Source: the human T2T-CHM13v2.0 reference genome, Homo sapiens
NCBI RefSeq assembly: GCF_009914755.1
Contig: NC_060930.1
Length of the DNA: 64,000 bases
Strand: one strand, 5' to 3'
The notes under the pieces were generated by a model. The model saw nothing but the letters and a program-made list of their open reading frames with translations, searched no databases and was not told the DNA's origin. A program made the translations under genes and the position numbers. Position 1 is the stretch's first letter. The number at the start of each line of letters is the position of its first letter. Below are positions 13,076 to 25,850 of the stretch, piece after piece.

Positions 13076-14618
13076 CTTCCCTTTCGGCTCGCACTTGCCT
13101 CTCTCCATTCCGTCTCACCTGGTTACACTTGCCCTGTGCACATGCATGCTCTACATGAAACAGCTGTTAGCTCTGCCTGGATGGGAAATCCTTGCTGGGG
13201 AGGCATTTTTCATTCTTCTAGACCCACCTTGAATTAGTGCATCTCTTTCGTGGAGTCTTCTCTGGCCTTTCTCAGGAGAGTTGGTTGCACCTTCCAGCAC
13301 CTTCAGGGTGCTTTGCTCATGCCAGCAGATAAGCTTGTATGAAATGATAGTGACTGGTCTATCTTCTGTCTCTATCCTAAACCCAGGGCTATAAGTAGTA
13401 GAAGTGGACTTAATCTCCTCAGGACAACAAAGAGAGTTGAGTGGAGAGTGGAACATGAAAGATTTTTTTTTCCTTTAGTGATTTTACCACTGGCAATGTT
13501 ACCAAAAATTAGAGCCCATTTCAGCTCTGTTGATGGAGAATTGAGTGCTTGATTTTTGGAGACTAGTGGATGGATTCAGGGTAATGACTGAGCCCCACTA
13601 AAAGTATCCCCCTTCCTCTGGCCTTCAAGAACTTCTTCCATCTTCTTGGGGAAGGGGCGAGCTAGTGGCATGAAGCAGGAACATTTGTGTTATTTGTGAA
13701 GTCACTTGTCTGTGGCCTGGTTCCTCGAGGCACCTGCTTTGCCTCCCTAGTGACTCTAGATCAGGAAGCAAACCATCTCACCCAAGGGGCTGTGTGAGTT
13801 CCTTGAGGCCAGGCATGATGTTACACTGTGTTTGTGACTCCTCCTCATGGCCTACATCTATTTGCTCAGGCATTATTAAATTTGTCACATTCAATTGAAT
13901 TAGGACGGCACTCCATGGGATTCATTAGTTGTCCGTAGCATCGGGCAAGACAGTTCCACTCAACTGAGGAACACGTCATATCAAACCAAGGGCATTAACT
14001 AGCTCAGAAAAAGAGCCACCCTAGCCTTGGAATTTTTCTCTTCCCAATTGCTAGGAAGTCAGCAATGCCATCCTGAAAAGAATGAGACACTGTGAGGTGA
14101 GCAGCAAGTTCCAACATGCTGGCATTCCACAACAGCCAGATGGGAAGTATTTATGACAGGGGATAATCTGCTCCCATTCTTGGCCTTATTCACTTTGATG
14201 TTTTGAAACGTTCATGATGCCGTCTTAATAAAGTTGAAGTTTGAAAACTTGAATGTCTGGCGATGGCAAATAATCTGGTTCCCATAGCCATCTTCACTCA
14301 GCTGTGTATCCAGACATAGCTTTCTGGATCTCTGAAAATACTGATCAATAAATTATGAGCTGTTGTGATTTAAAACGCTAGTAAGTATTTTTAGTTTCCT
14401 TTTAATTTTTAGTGTTTTAACAAATCACAGGTGGTTGGCATCAAGGTAAAAATGAATATGAAGACATGGTGAATACTGCCTTCATTATGAGTATAAAAGA
14501 TTATTTTTTCCTTTTTAAAATGTTTTGAATAATTCTGACAAGTATTAAAACTTTGGAGGCCATGGGACCCATAGAACCTCGTAGGAATAATTTATTCAAA
14601 TTATATGAGAAAAGAAGA

Positions 14619-14928
<310 letters not shown>

Positions 14929-15097
14929 TCACTTGTTAAGTACTTTCTCAACGTTGTCAGTTGTTGTTAGTCTTTTATAAGAAATAAGCTTACCGTTTGT
15001 GAATGCTTTTTGGTAGTTTATTATAAGCATTTATCATGTTACTGAAATTTTTGTAAGCATGCCTTTGTAAAGGCTGTATAATGTTCTGTTACCTGTG

Positions 15098-15413
<316 letters not shown>

Positions 15414-15955
15414 TAATAAAAAAGGAAATGTTAATTCTTGTGACACTTCAAACTTTCCTTTGTAGTTTCCTTGATTCAGAAAGGAATAGCATGTTTCTGA
15501 TATGTATCATTAGATATTTTGTATTTTCTATCAAGCTTAACCTTTGAAGTGATGATCAAATCACATTACAATGAACTGGTCAATGGGTAGGTAACTCTCC
15601 TATAAAATTTTCTGACAGAATTTCTTTTCATTTTCTTTAGAAGTTTGAGGATGTTAGACAGTTTGGGATTGTTTTTGCTTTTCTTCTAATACACAAAAAT
15701 TTACATTTGGAGTACATTTATTATCTTTTTGCAAATGGATTTATCTCTATCATAGCATCTCATCTGGTGGCAGAAAGAAACACATGACCATTCAGTCATT
15801 TCTAATATATTCTTTTGGATATAAATGTGGAAGAAAGTAGTCAGACAGAAAAAAGTAGAAAGAGGATTTGATTTGTTGACATTATGCTTCATGCATGTAA
15901 ATTTGCGACATTGTCAGTTATGGAGCTCACATAATAAAAATTCTTAATTTCTTAG

Positions 15956-16019
15956 CACACAGAGCCGCTGAAAACGACTGAAGAGAGCAAGGGATTTCCT
16001 GGGACATCTGGCTCTGGAG
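15956..16019 (+). other. TMEM200A: Non-coding (5'UTR) internal exon, 64 nt
   Basis: Acceptor ttcttaatttcttag|CACAC and donor GAG|gtgagc. No ATG inside; CpGs retained. The end sequence ...GGGACATCTGGCTCTGGAG is recalled as joining AGTAAAAGGCCAAGCTATG of TMEM200A (recall only). Confidence 0.7.
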
Positions 16020-16037
16020 GTGAGCGACAGCAGGGAA

Positions 16038-16045
16038 TGACGTCA
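16038..16045. promoter_or_regulatory. Full palindromic CRE (TGACGTCA), CREB/ATF motif
   Basis: Exact TGACGTCA with intact CpG, 19 nt downstream of the exon end. Function is inferred. Confidence 0.45.
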
Positions 16046-18054
16046 GGGACCTGGGAGACTGATCACCTGGATGGTGACTTTTTATGATGATTTTTTTGTA
16101 ATGAGTTTATTCTTCCAGTGAGCTAACAGAGTTTATTAGTGGGACTTTGTCAGGCAATTATTTCCTTAGCTTGGTTAAATAAACCAGATGTCTTATTTGG
16201 ACATTTCAAAGTTCCTTGCAATAAGCATTTTTAAATTAAGATAGAGATAGGTCTCTGCTCTGGTGAAACACTCACTGTAAAAATAATTGTATAGGTCATT
16301 TTATAGAGTAGGCTGTTTTAGCAAGACAGCTCCTCATTCCTCTCATTCTTTTCTCTCCACTCAAATCCCCAAGAGAAAAGGCCCTTAATTAGAAGCTCAT
16401 TGACTACAGAAAAAAATAATTTTCTTTGCTCTTCTGTAATTTCAAAATTACATTTGTTCTGCTTGGAATAAAAGGAGGTTTATACCTTGTAACCTGTAAT
16501 CTTTCATGCTGTTTTTGTTTTTGAAAACTTCTAAGAGTCTGAGCATTAACCATTTCATGATGCTATGTAATCTCATATTATTTTACATAAACTACAGAAA
16601 TAATTTGCAGATGAATTTTTAGGGATCACCTTTTGCCCTTTGGCAAAAGGTGCCTTGAAATGCAAAATGAACAGTTGAGAAAACGATCCTTAAGTTGAAG
16701 AAGAAAATCCCATGTTTCTGAAATAATGTTGATATCCTGAAGAAAATTGTTTTGTATATTGGTAAGGGGACTCTTAAACTTCAATTATCTAGAATTTTTC
16801 TCTATTCTTTATTTCACTTGTGTGTATGTATCTAGGTGTGTAACTTGGTTTATAAAACAACTAACATTCAGTTTTGGGAGAAAATAATCTATTGTATTGA
16901 GAGAGCTTTTTGGCTTTCATTCTCTGAGTAATCACAGCCCCTCTAAGATACCTCTAAGATAAATGATCTCCAATACAGTAAATCCAGGAGCTTGAACAGG
17001 GACCAACCTCATTCACTGAAGCTCAGAGGAAGGGTCGGGGTATGTGGGAATGTTTTCTGTGTGCAGCACTTGAGTGTTTCAAAGTCTTCTTTGCTAAAAG
17101 GGGTAGCCACTGAGTTTGCTTAGAACGGGGCTGAAAACTGCTGTGGACCAAAATTCTGCTTGTCAGAGCCAACTGTGATTGCTCTAAAGATGCACCTTTT
17201 ATAAGCTACTCTTAGAGTCACTAAAGGAAACTATGTTATTGTCAGCCAAAGACTGGCACCTGGGAATTGAAATTGATGATCTTTTTAGACCTTTAGAGAG
17301 AACCTAGGGAAGAGATTAGGAAAGTTTACCCTCTTCATCTTAGATGTCTGGTTTTTCCTTCCACATGGATGCAAAATTGTTCCAGTCCTTACCCTTTTCA
17401 AACATCAACTTCTAGTGCAGAAAGGAAACCATAGATCTTTAAAAGATACTCTAGGTGATTAGCATTAAGATTTTGTTTTCACCAAAAAATTCCGACAAAC
17501 AAACCAAAAAACCCCCAAGAAATTGTAAGAATGTCGTTTCGACAGATAGGAGCTTGGAGCATTTTCAAATAAAACAAATTTGCCTTGCATTAACTTACTG
17601 TTACTTTAAAACTATGCTCAAAGGCATATTCCTTTTTCTTCGCCAGCATCATTTGGAAGCCAGATCTTTTTATAAGGCACTCCTGCATTACTCCCAGGCA
17701 CTCTTTCATGGAGAACCTATTTCTAAACCTGAAACCGTCCAGTTATGGTGGAGGCAGTCACACAGTTCATTCATCAGTAATCCTTTAATGCTGTTGAAGT
17801 GAGTGGGCAGAAGAGGGCCTTTAATTATCAATGCTAAGAGGACTTGATCTTTAAGATTCTTTCTAATTGTGCCATTTTGTGACAATATGTGTTTCTTATA
17901 TGAAGGTGGTAGTGCAAGACACTGAGATGCCTAAGAGGAAAGGATGTTTTTTACCTGTGTTTATAGTAAAAATAATATAACAGCATTAAAGTCTATTGCA
18001 AAATCTCCTATAATTTCTTTGTAGCAGAATGGATATTTTTATTTGGATAGAGTT

Positions 18055-18355
<301 letters not shown>

Positions 18356-19899
18356 TGGATAGAGTTCTTAAAAGGGTAAACAACTCTTTTCTTTTCTGTT
18401 TGAATGCAATCATGTGGACTTGGCCACATGGCTTCTTAAGTCTTGTTTGCATTTGCTTAAGCCAACAGCACTCAAATATGTTAAGGGAATTCTAGATTGA
18501 AATTGTGACTTAGTTTCCACACTCTTAATTATGTTTCCCCAAAACAGTTATGCATGAGGCTCTTTGGCAACTAGACTTGAGAATATTTAGGTTTAAAATT
18601 TCTTACTTGAGTGGTTTAGAGCCCTATCCAACTTCTGGTGTCTTTTCTCTTAAAAAGCTTTTAAAATCCTGTTTGCCTTTTTCAAGGTAGGAAAGAATAC
18701 AAAAGTGTAAGGGTAGGTATTCCTAAGTCTTAGAGAATTGATTTGCGGTTAGTTTCTGATTCTCAAAATAATTTTCCTTTCACAGGTGGAAGTTTTCATG
18801 ATGGGAGTTGAAGGTAGCATAGCAAGTGCCGCTCAGGAAAGGGGAGAATAACAGTTTAAAACTTAGTAAGTTTATTATACTCTGTACTAGTGGAGATCCC
18901 TTGGAGATTCCTGCATCGGTTTTAGAAATTAACCAAAAAGAAGGAAGTGAAGGAGTTGAAGTTCTAGGCAAGCAATAAGGCTTGATTAAGAAGTTGGAAA
19001 ATGTGAAAGGAACTAGGATTATTCTGGAGAAGGGAAGGCTTATAATAATGGCTTTCAGATGCTGTAGGACTCAGATATCTACTTTCCTAGTGAATAACCA
19101 ATTAAAAAGAAAATAAACTACAACATTAGGATATTAGCTGTGTAGATGTTTCCCAAAGTGATAACCCCCTGGAATGAATTATCAAGACAGGAGTTATATC
19201 TGCCCTCAATAAGGAACATGAGGCATAGCCTCAGGGTGTGACAATTCATTGCTTAGATAAGTTCTGTTTCTGTAGATGTTAAATGTGGATTCTCGCTTGT
19301 ACATGTTTTCATTCATGCATAGTATTTCACAATCTAAATTCATATATCCTTATTTTTTTATATTTCTAATAAGATGATTGGTTCTTTTGCTGAGTGGCAT
19401 AAGTAGATACTCATATTTCTCAATCTTGTCATCAGAAATGATGGCTATTTGTTTTTATATTTGTAAATATATAGTTGATGTTTACATTAAATAGTTCATT
19501 ACTCAATTGTAAATACTAAAATTGGCAAGAATGAAAAAATAAAACATTAGAATATCCTTACAGAAAGTATCATTGCCCCAGTTTGTGGGAATTGCATCAA
19601 CCACTGCAGATAAGTGTGTTTATAAAATCACCTAACTCATGACATTTGGCACATCAGCAAGTAGCAATAATTTTAACACTAATTAGTATATTTAAGAGAA
19701 ATTACTTACAAAACCTAAATCATGTTTTGAACAATGATTTCTTGAATAGATATGAGATAAAATAAATTTTATAGAAAATATAAAATACATATAATATGAA
19801 AGTAGCACTACGGTCTAGCTCTATTATCTTTAGATAAGTCAAAGATATTGTCTTTGACTCTCAACAAAGTAGAACTGTAAAATACAGTTTTAGATTCGA

Positions 19900-20120
19900 A
19901 CTATAGATTGTTAGATTTGGATAGACTAGAAGATCTTGTAATGTAGTCCCCTGATTTTACAGATGAGCAAATGAAGATTTAGTATTGATAAAAATACTAA
20001 ATGTTTTTGGTGAAATGACCACAGCTTTTTACCCAGTCACACAACAAGATATAAGTGGAAGCAGAAGCAGTTATGGGCTCTCCTGATTTCCAGCCCTGGG
20101 CACTCCCTCCTGTAGTGCAC
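19900..20120 (-). mobile_element. MIR/MIR3, interrupted
   Basis: cccctgattttacagatgagcaaatgaag ... cccagtcacacaac...aagtgg...tctcctgatttccagccc. Confidence 0.6.
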
Positions 20121-20311
20121 TGAACAGAAGGTCAAGTGTAGATTTTGAAACGGGCAGTCTCTTGACACTGTGTCACGTCTTCCCTCAACTCACAACTCTA
20201 TATCCTACGTAAAGAACAATGTGAGAGAAAGAAGAGGTTATAAGCTTGAAAGTGATAAAGTTAATATGTATTCTAGGACCCTCTACCAAAATATTTTGAA
20301 TAGGAGGAAAG

Positions 20312-20510
20312 CAATAATATAGCTTGTTAGAATTTTGAGAAATTCTAACAATAATATAGCTTGTTAGAATTAATGAGAAATCATTAATTTTAGATACATA
20401 ATATCACAGGCCAGATTTTAACACCAATAATAACAATAATATAGCTTGTTAGAATTTTGAGAAATCATTAATTTTAGATACATAATATCACAGGCCAGAT
20501 TTTAACACCA
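20312..20510. repeat. Complex local triplication (32-bp copy plus two ~80-bp copies) with fold-back junctions
   Basis: caataatatagcttgttagaatt occurs three times; 20346-20426 and 20431-20510 are nearly identical. Confidence 0.95.
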
Positions 20511-21219
20511 GCAGTGGGTTCAGAGAGATCCACAGAACTTCAGATTTTCTCAGAAATTTCAAAACTACTCAGTAAAATTTCCAGCCCAGTTGTGCTAACT
20601 AAGGGACTCAGATTGAGATTCCCTGGTTTCATTTTATTACATGGGCTTCCATTGTTAAAGTTCTAGGATCCCCATCCAGTTCTTTGTTAATATATTTTAC
20701 TTTATGAGAACAATTAGCCGGGTAAAAATTGCTCATACTGATAACGAAGAGTTACTAATAAAAGTTATTTTGCTTACAGGTTCATTAGGCACTTGTCGAG
20801 AATGGCCAGAAACGTGTTTTGGTTTCTTAGATGTTCTGTTTAACCATGAATTGCTGTAAATGCTTATCAGTTTTCAAAAAAAGTATAAAAAATGAAATGC
20901 CCAACAACCCCCAAATTATTTTTGAATATAATTTAACTGTTTTTTCACTTACTAAATCTCAGGATCTGATAGATATGATTATAAGTCATACAGTTTTGTT
21001 TAATTAATCTTTGTGGTTTGAATGTTGGAGAAATAAGATCTCATTATACCTCTGTGTCATCTATTATAGTTTTAACCTAGAAGCATTCCGAAGTTGTAAA
21101 ACCATAGCTGTAGAGCAAATTCAAATGTGTTGTGTTTTGGTGAAATGACCATGGCTTTTTACCATATCATCTGAATGTAACACACGTTGTGTATCAGAGC
21201 AGCCCTATGTGGGCTACAG

Positions 21220-21335
21220 TATGTCATTTAATCTCAGTGAGCTCTTTCTGACTTTACAGAGTGAAACTAGTACTGCCTACTTGATAGGACTGCTGAGGAT
21301 TAAATGATAAAGTATGTTAAAAAGCTTGACAAACC
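21220..21335 (+). mobile_element. MIR fragment
   Basis: gtcatttaatctc...gcctacttgataggactgctgaggattaaatga. Confidence 0.6.
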
Positions 21336-21647
21336 TTAGTATTCTTTATACCCTTAAAGGTACAAATCCTGTCTTTTTTATGACTATTTCTCCTCCATAG
21401 CATAGAGGGGAATGTGTTGCATATAATAGTATTTCTTACTTAATACTGATAATGGAGTGAGACTATGAAAAGCAAATACTGCATAGCAAGGAGGAGATAT
21501 CTGCTAGAATCAGATATTGACATATTAGCTTGGCAAATTGCTCCTTCTAAAGTCAGCTTCCATGTTGGTGAGGCTGCTTTGAATCTCCCAGGCACCTTTG
21601 AGTTTTTGTTCACTGCTCTGCTCTCTGTCAGCTCACCTTCATCACAA

Positions 21648-21843
21648 TAGGGTTTCTCAACCTCTACACTATTGACAGTTTGGACTGAATAACTTTTATG
21701 CATTGTAGGGTGTTTAGCTCCATCTGTAACCTCTACCTACTGTGTGCTAGTAGTGCTCTACCCCAAGTTGTAGCAAAAAATTGTCTCCAGACATTGCCTA
21801 GTGTCCTCTGCGGGACAAAAATGCCTCGGAATGAGCACCACTG
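21648..21843 (-). mobile_element. MER20 (hAT-Charlie DNA transposon)
   Basis: gggtttctcaacctctacactattgaca...tgtctccagacattgcc...tgagcaccactg. Confidence 0.88.
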
Positions 21844-22411
21844 CATACATACAGCAGTCACTGCTTTGTGATGTAAATATCAGTTTACCTGTGCCCCTTC
21901 TCACCAGACTGCCAGCCCCTAGAGGGTAGTGTGATGTCTTTCTCTGGTGCCACAGCTCGGACACCCATAGAAGTGCAATAAATGTGGAAAGAGAAAAAGG
22001 TTTAAGAAATACTTAAAGAAGTTATCAGTTATAATACCTATGTTGATTCATTATATGCAGTGGATTTTTATTTTGTTCTGGACCAAAAAGACAAGGACTC
22101 ACCATAACCTCAGGTTTCTTTCCTGAAACCATTAATGCCACCACCTTCTCAGATCTTTCTCTTGCCTATGCCCCATCATTGATATAATTAGACAATGTGT
22201 TCACTCAAAGAAGAGGGAAATCTGGGATAGGATACCTGAGATGTTAGGCTTTAAGGACCAGGCAGAAATTAAAGGCATCTTTCTCTCTCTCTCCCGCTCT
22301 CTCTTAAACTCTGTAGCAATTCCCATACCCAGGCTCCAACAAATAACCGGAATATCCCCAAATATATTATCTCTAGCTTAGAACCTACCTGTTAGCTCAT
22401 AGTATTACTAG

Positions 22412-22825
<414 letters not shown>

Positions 22826-22854
22826 AAGATTCTTTATCCCAGGGAATGGTGTAG

Positions 22855-23080
22855 GGGTTCTGGAGTGAGAATCTTGCTTTGCTATTTAATAACCCAGTGA
22901 CCTTGTACAGATTACCTACCCTCTATCTCATTTTCCTTATCTGTCAAATTGATACTGATCTTCCAGTGTTATTGTGAAGATCAAATTAGGTGATGCATGT
23001 AAGTTACTTAATGAGGTAATGCATATAAATCACCTAGAAAACAATGCATAGCCTGTTGAATAAAAGTAGATGTTATTATC
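22855..23080 (+). mobile_element. MIR
   Basis: gtgaccttg...ctcattttccttatctgtcaaa...ttattgtgaagatcaaattagg. Confidence 0.75.
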
Positions 23081-23094
23081 TCAAAACAAGCTTC

Positions 23095-23770
23095 AACCAA
23101 ATACTTGAGAGCTGTTTCTTACTTTTGCCCTCACTATTTCCCTGTTCCCACCCATCAAGTTTCTACATTTTCTTTATCCTGCCTCCCATTTCAGTGCAGT
23201 ATGCACAGTTCATTCTTGCCCATTTCATTTCCAGTGCAATAGCTTCAGTGCAGGCCTTGATCCTTTTTTACCCAAATCATTACAGCAGTAGCCTTTTAAG
23301 CCTTTCCGCCTCCGGTTTCACTGTCAGCCTATCTGTCCATTTTCTTGATGCCTGTACAGAGATATATTTTTTAGTGTCTCCCATCGCCTAGTAACTCAAA
23401 TCCCAACATGCTTCTATGCCTTTGTGTTAGCTGTTCCCTCCTCTTTTTCTTCTCTTTTCTTTGTTGAGCTAACATGTACTCATTTTTAAGATACAGCTCA
23501 AGCATTTCTTCATCTTACAAGCAACACCTAACCACCCTTCCCTGAGATCACTGCTATACTTTGTGCCTGTCTTCTTACCACAATAGCACTTTGTGCACAT
23601 GTACTTTCTAGCACTTACGATGCATAACTTGTGTTTCTTGATTTATTTCCCCCACTAAATTGTGAGTTTTTGACATCTCATTCATTTTGATTCCTCATTT
23701 ATTTTGGTTTTTACAGTGAGTAGCACATTTCTTGACATGTAGTAGGTGTTTAATAACTATTTGTAGTTCA
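23095..23770 (+). mobile_element. L2
   Basis: Ends tagcacatttcttgacatgtagtaggtgtttaataactatttg, the L2 3' end. Confidence 0.65.
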
Positions 23771-25639
23771 ATACAGCTAGGATTCCATAAGATTGAATCA
23801 GACAGTATAGACTTACAAAATCATGGGAGCAAAACTGTTTAAGAATTCATTGATGGAATTAACCAGCCAAATTGTGAATGAAGAAACCATGCAGGCATCT
23901 CTGTTGGATAGAAGCGAGAGATCAGTAGATACCCAAAGAGAAGCTAAAAGCTGGGATCTTATCAGAGGTCCTAGCTGAGTAAGTTAATCGGCAGTAGGTA
24001 GTAGAGAGAGGAAGACCAAGGGATCTGGGTATTAAGTCATGCTGTCTTCTTTAATTGTCCCTAATTTTAAGGAATTTGATCTTGTAAGGGAGAAATACCA
24101 GAAGAGAAAAAAAATTAATTCTGACAATAGAGTGCTATTTAAAAATATATACCTAGTGTTATGGCAATAGAAAATGAAGTAATTTTTCAACAAATGTTGT
24201 CACATCATTGCCTGTGGGCCAGAAATGACCAGTTAAAATATCAGAGGTGGGTGTGCAATGGGCAGACGTGTTACATCAGTTTTAAGTCCTCCAGTGTCAA
24301 CACGGCTTCACATGCGAGCCTGAGCAAAGATCATGTTCATGGGGTCCGAATGGGTTGGGATCACGTTGCTTCAGCCGCCAATGGTGATAGTGTTTTGTCA
24401 TTTTCTGTGTAAGCATAATTTGTAAATTAGTTTGCTGCTAAAAACAATAGTCTGAAGAGTCCTTTTTTCAAGATTATTTTCCAGGCCCATCATGTAAAAC
24501 GGGAAATGGTGTACAGTTTTCTCAGCACTGTAGAGATGACCAAAACACCATTTAGTAACATCACTAACCATTTTATGCCATGATGTCTGAAAAGAAGAAA
24601 TCCTGATCCAGGAAACAATTGCTGCATTGTCCAAATACATCATCTTTAAAATTACATTTGAAACATCTCTAACCATGGTTTATTTATTGGAATCTCATCC
24701 CACCCTTTGAGTAAAGAGTTTTCTTCCTGTCTTGATCCTACAGATTGAATATCACATATGCCTCTTTGATTGGAATGATGAATGAGTTTCTGTTCCCATT
24801 ATTTTACACTGCTGTTGAGTTGAAATAGCAACAAATCACATCCCTAGTTGTATTTAGTGATTCAATATACTGTACTTGGGATTTCATTGTTAGGGTTTGA
24901 AGTCAGTATTTGTCCATTTCTCCAAACCTTATACCAACATCAGATTTGGATCTTGATTGTTCTATATTGAGGGAGCCAACATCCTTCTCCTGAACCCAGC
25001 CTAGAGTCTGTAAGCCTGAGACTGCTTAAAGAGAAATGCTGAACTGCTATGCAAAAAAGAACCTTTATCAAGGCTTGATGTGATTTTTGCTGTTTCACAA
25101 CTGTCATATTGAAATTCCCTTTCGCACCCACAGAAGGGAATACTTACCTCTGCCAGCAGGTTTCTGTTGGGAGCTGGAATGCATCCCCGTAAATACTCAG
25201 AGTGGCAGGGGTGGCAGAGCTTTCTTCTCTCCCCACGCTGCTTCTGCTTTTGGCAGAGGCTCGAATATTGGCAGGGGCACCCGCCTCTGCACAGTCTGCT
25301 CTGGGGAGGTGGGGGATTCCTCTTACTTCCAATTACCAGTTTCTTTATATGTGGGAGGACATTTTTTGGCAAAGATTATCCTCTTCTCTTCATGTCTGGC
25401 TGACAGAACCCTTGCTAATTTATTTTTTGGCATCCCTTATGCATTTGTTAAGATGTCAAAAGGTACATACAAAGCACTGAATTGAAGACTGCGTTTACAT
25501 TCTGGAGCTTCCAGTAGGCATGCATGAGATGTTAGAAGCTATCTCTCTGGAATAGAAGGTATGGTGCAGGGTAAACAGAGGATAGTGGGCATGGTTTACT
25601 TGCCTTCTTGCAAAAGCCTTAAGGCCCTTTAGTGAACAG

Positions 25640-25850
25640 TGAATCACAGAATCCTAAACTTGTACGAGGGTAAGGATATGAAAGTTCATGTGATTATTGC
25701 CCATTTCTCCTGGAAATTGAGGCCAGGAACAGTTACATGGCTTGCTCAAGTCCAGCCAGCTGACCAATCAGGAGCCTCCTGATAGAGCCTCCATCGGTAT
25801 CCTAGTCTTCTTTCTTTGTCCTGTGTAATTTTCACTGTATTGCAATGTTT
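25640..25850 (-). mobile_element. MIR3-like
   Basis: aatcacagaatc...ggaaattgaggcc...acatggcttgctcaagtc. Confidence 0.45.

Noticed and set aside
13791-13800. Possible splice donor tgt|gtgagt
   Set aside because: Lies in an L2 3'-end relic (tgtgagttccttgagg) where this motif is routine; no supporting exon evidence
20312-20510. CRISPR-like repeat-spacer appearance
   Set aside because: The intervening sequences are copies of each other rather than unique spacers, the context is primate DNA, and there are no cas genes
25140-25149. atacttacct matching the U1 snRNA 5' end
   Set aside because: Only 10 nt match and no further U1 sequence follows; treated as an antisense donor motif, not an snRNA pseudogene
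24940-25485. Six overlapping ORFs on both strands
   Set aside because: Reflects locally higher GC and fewer stop codons; none resembles a known protein
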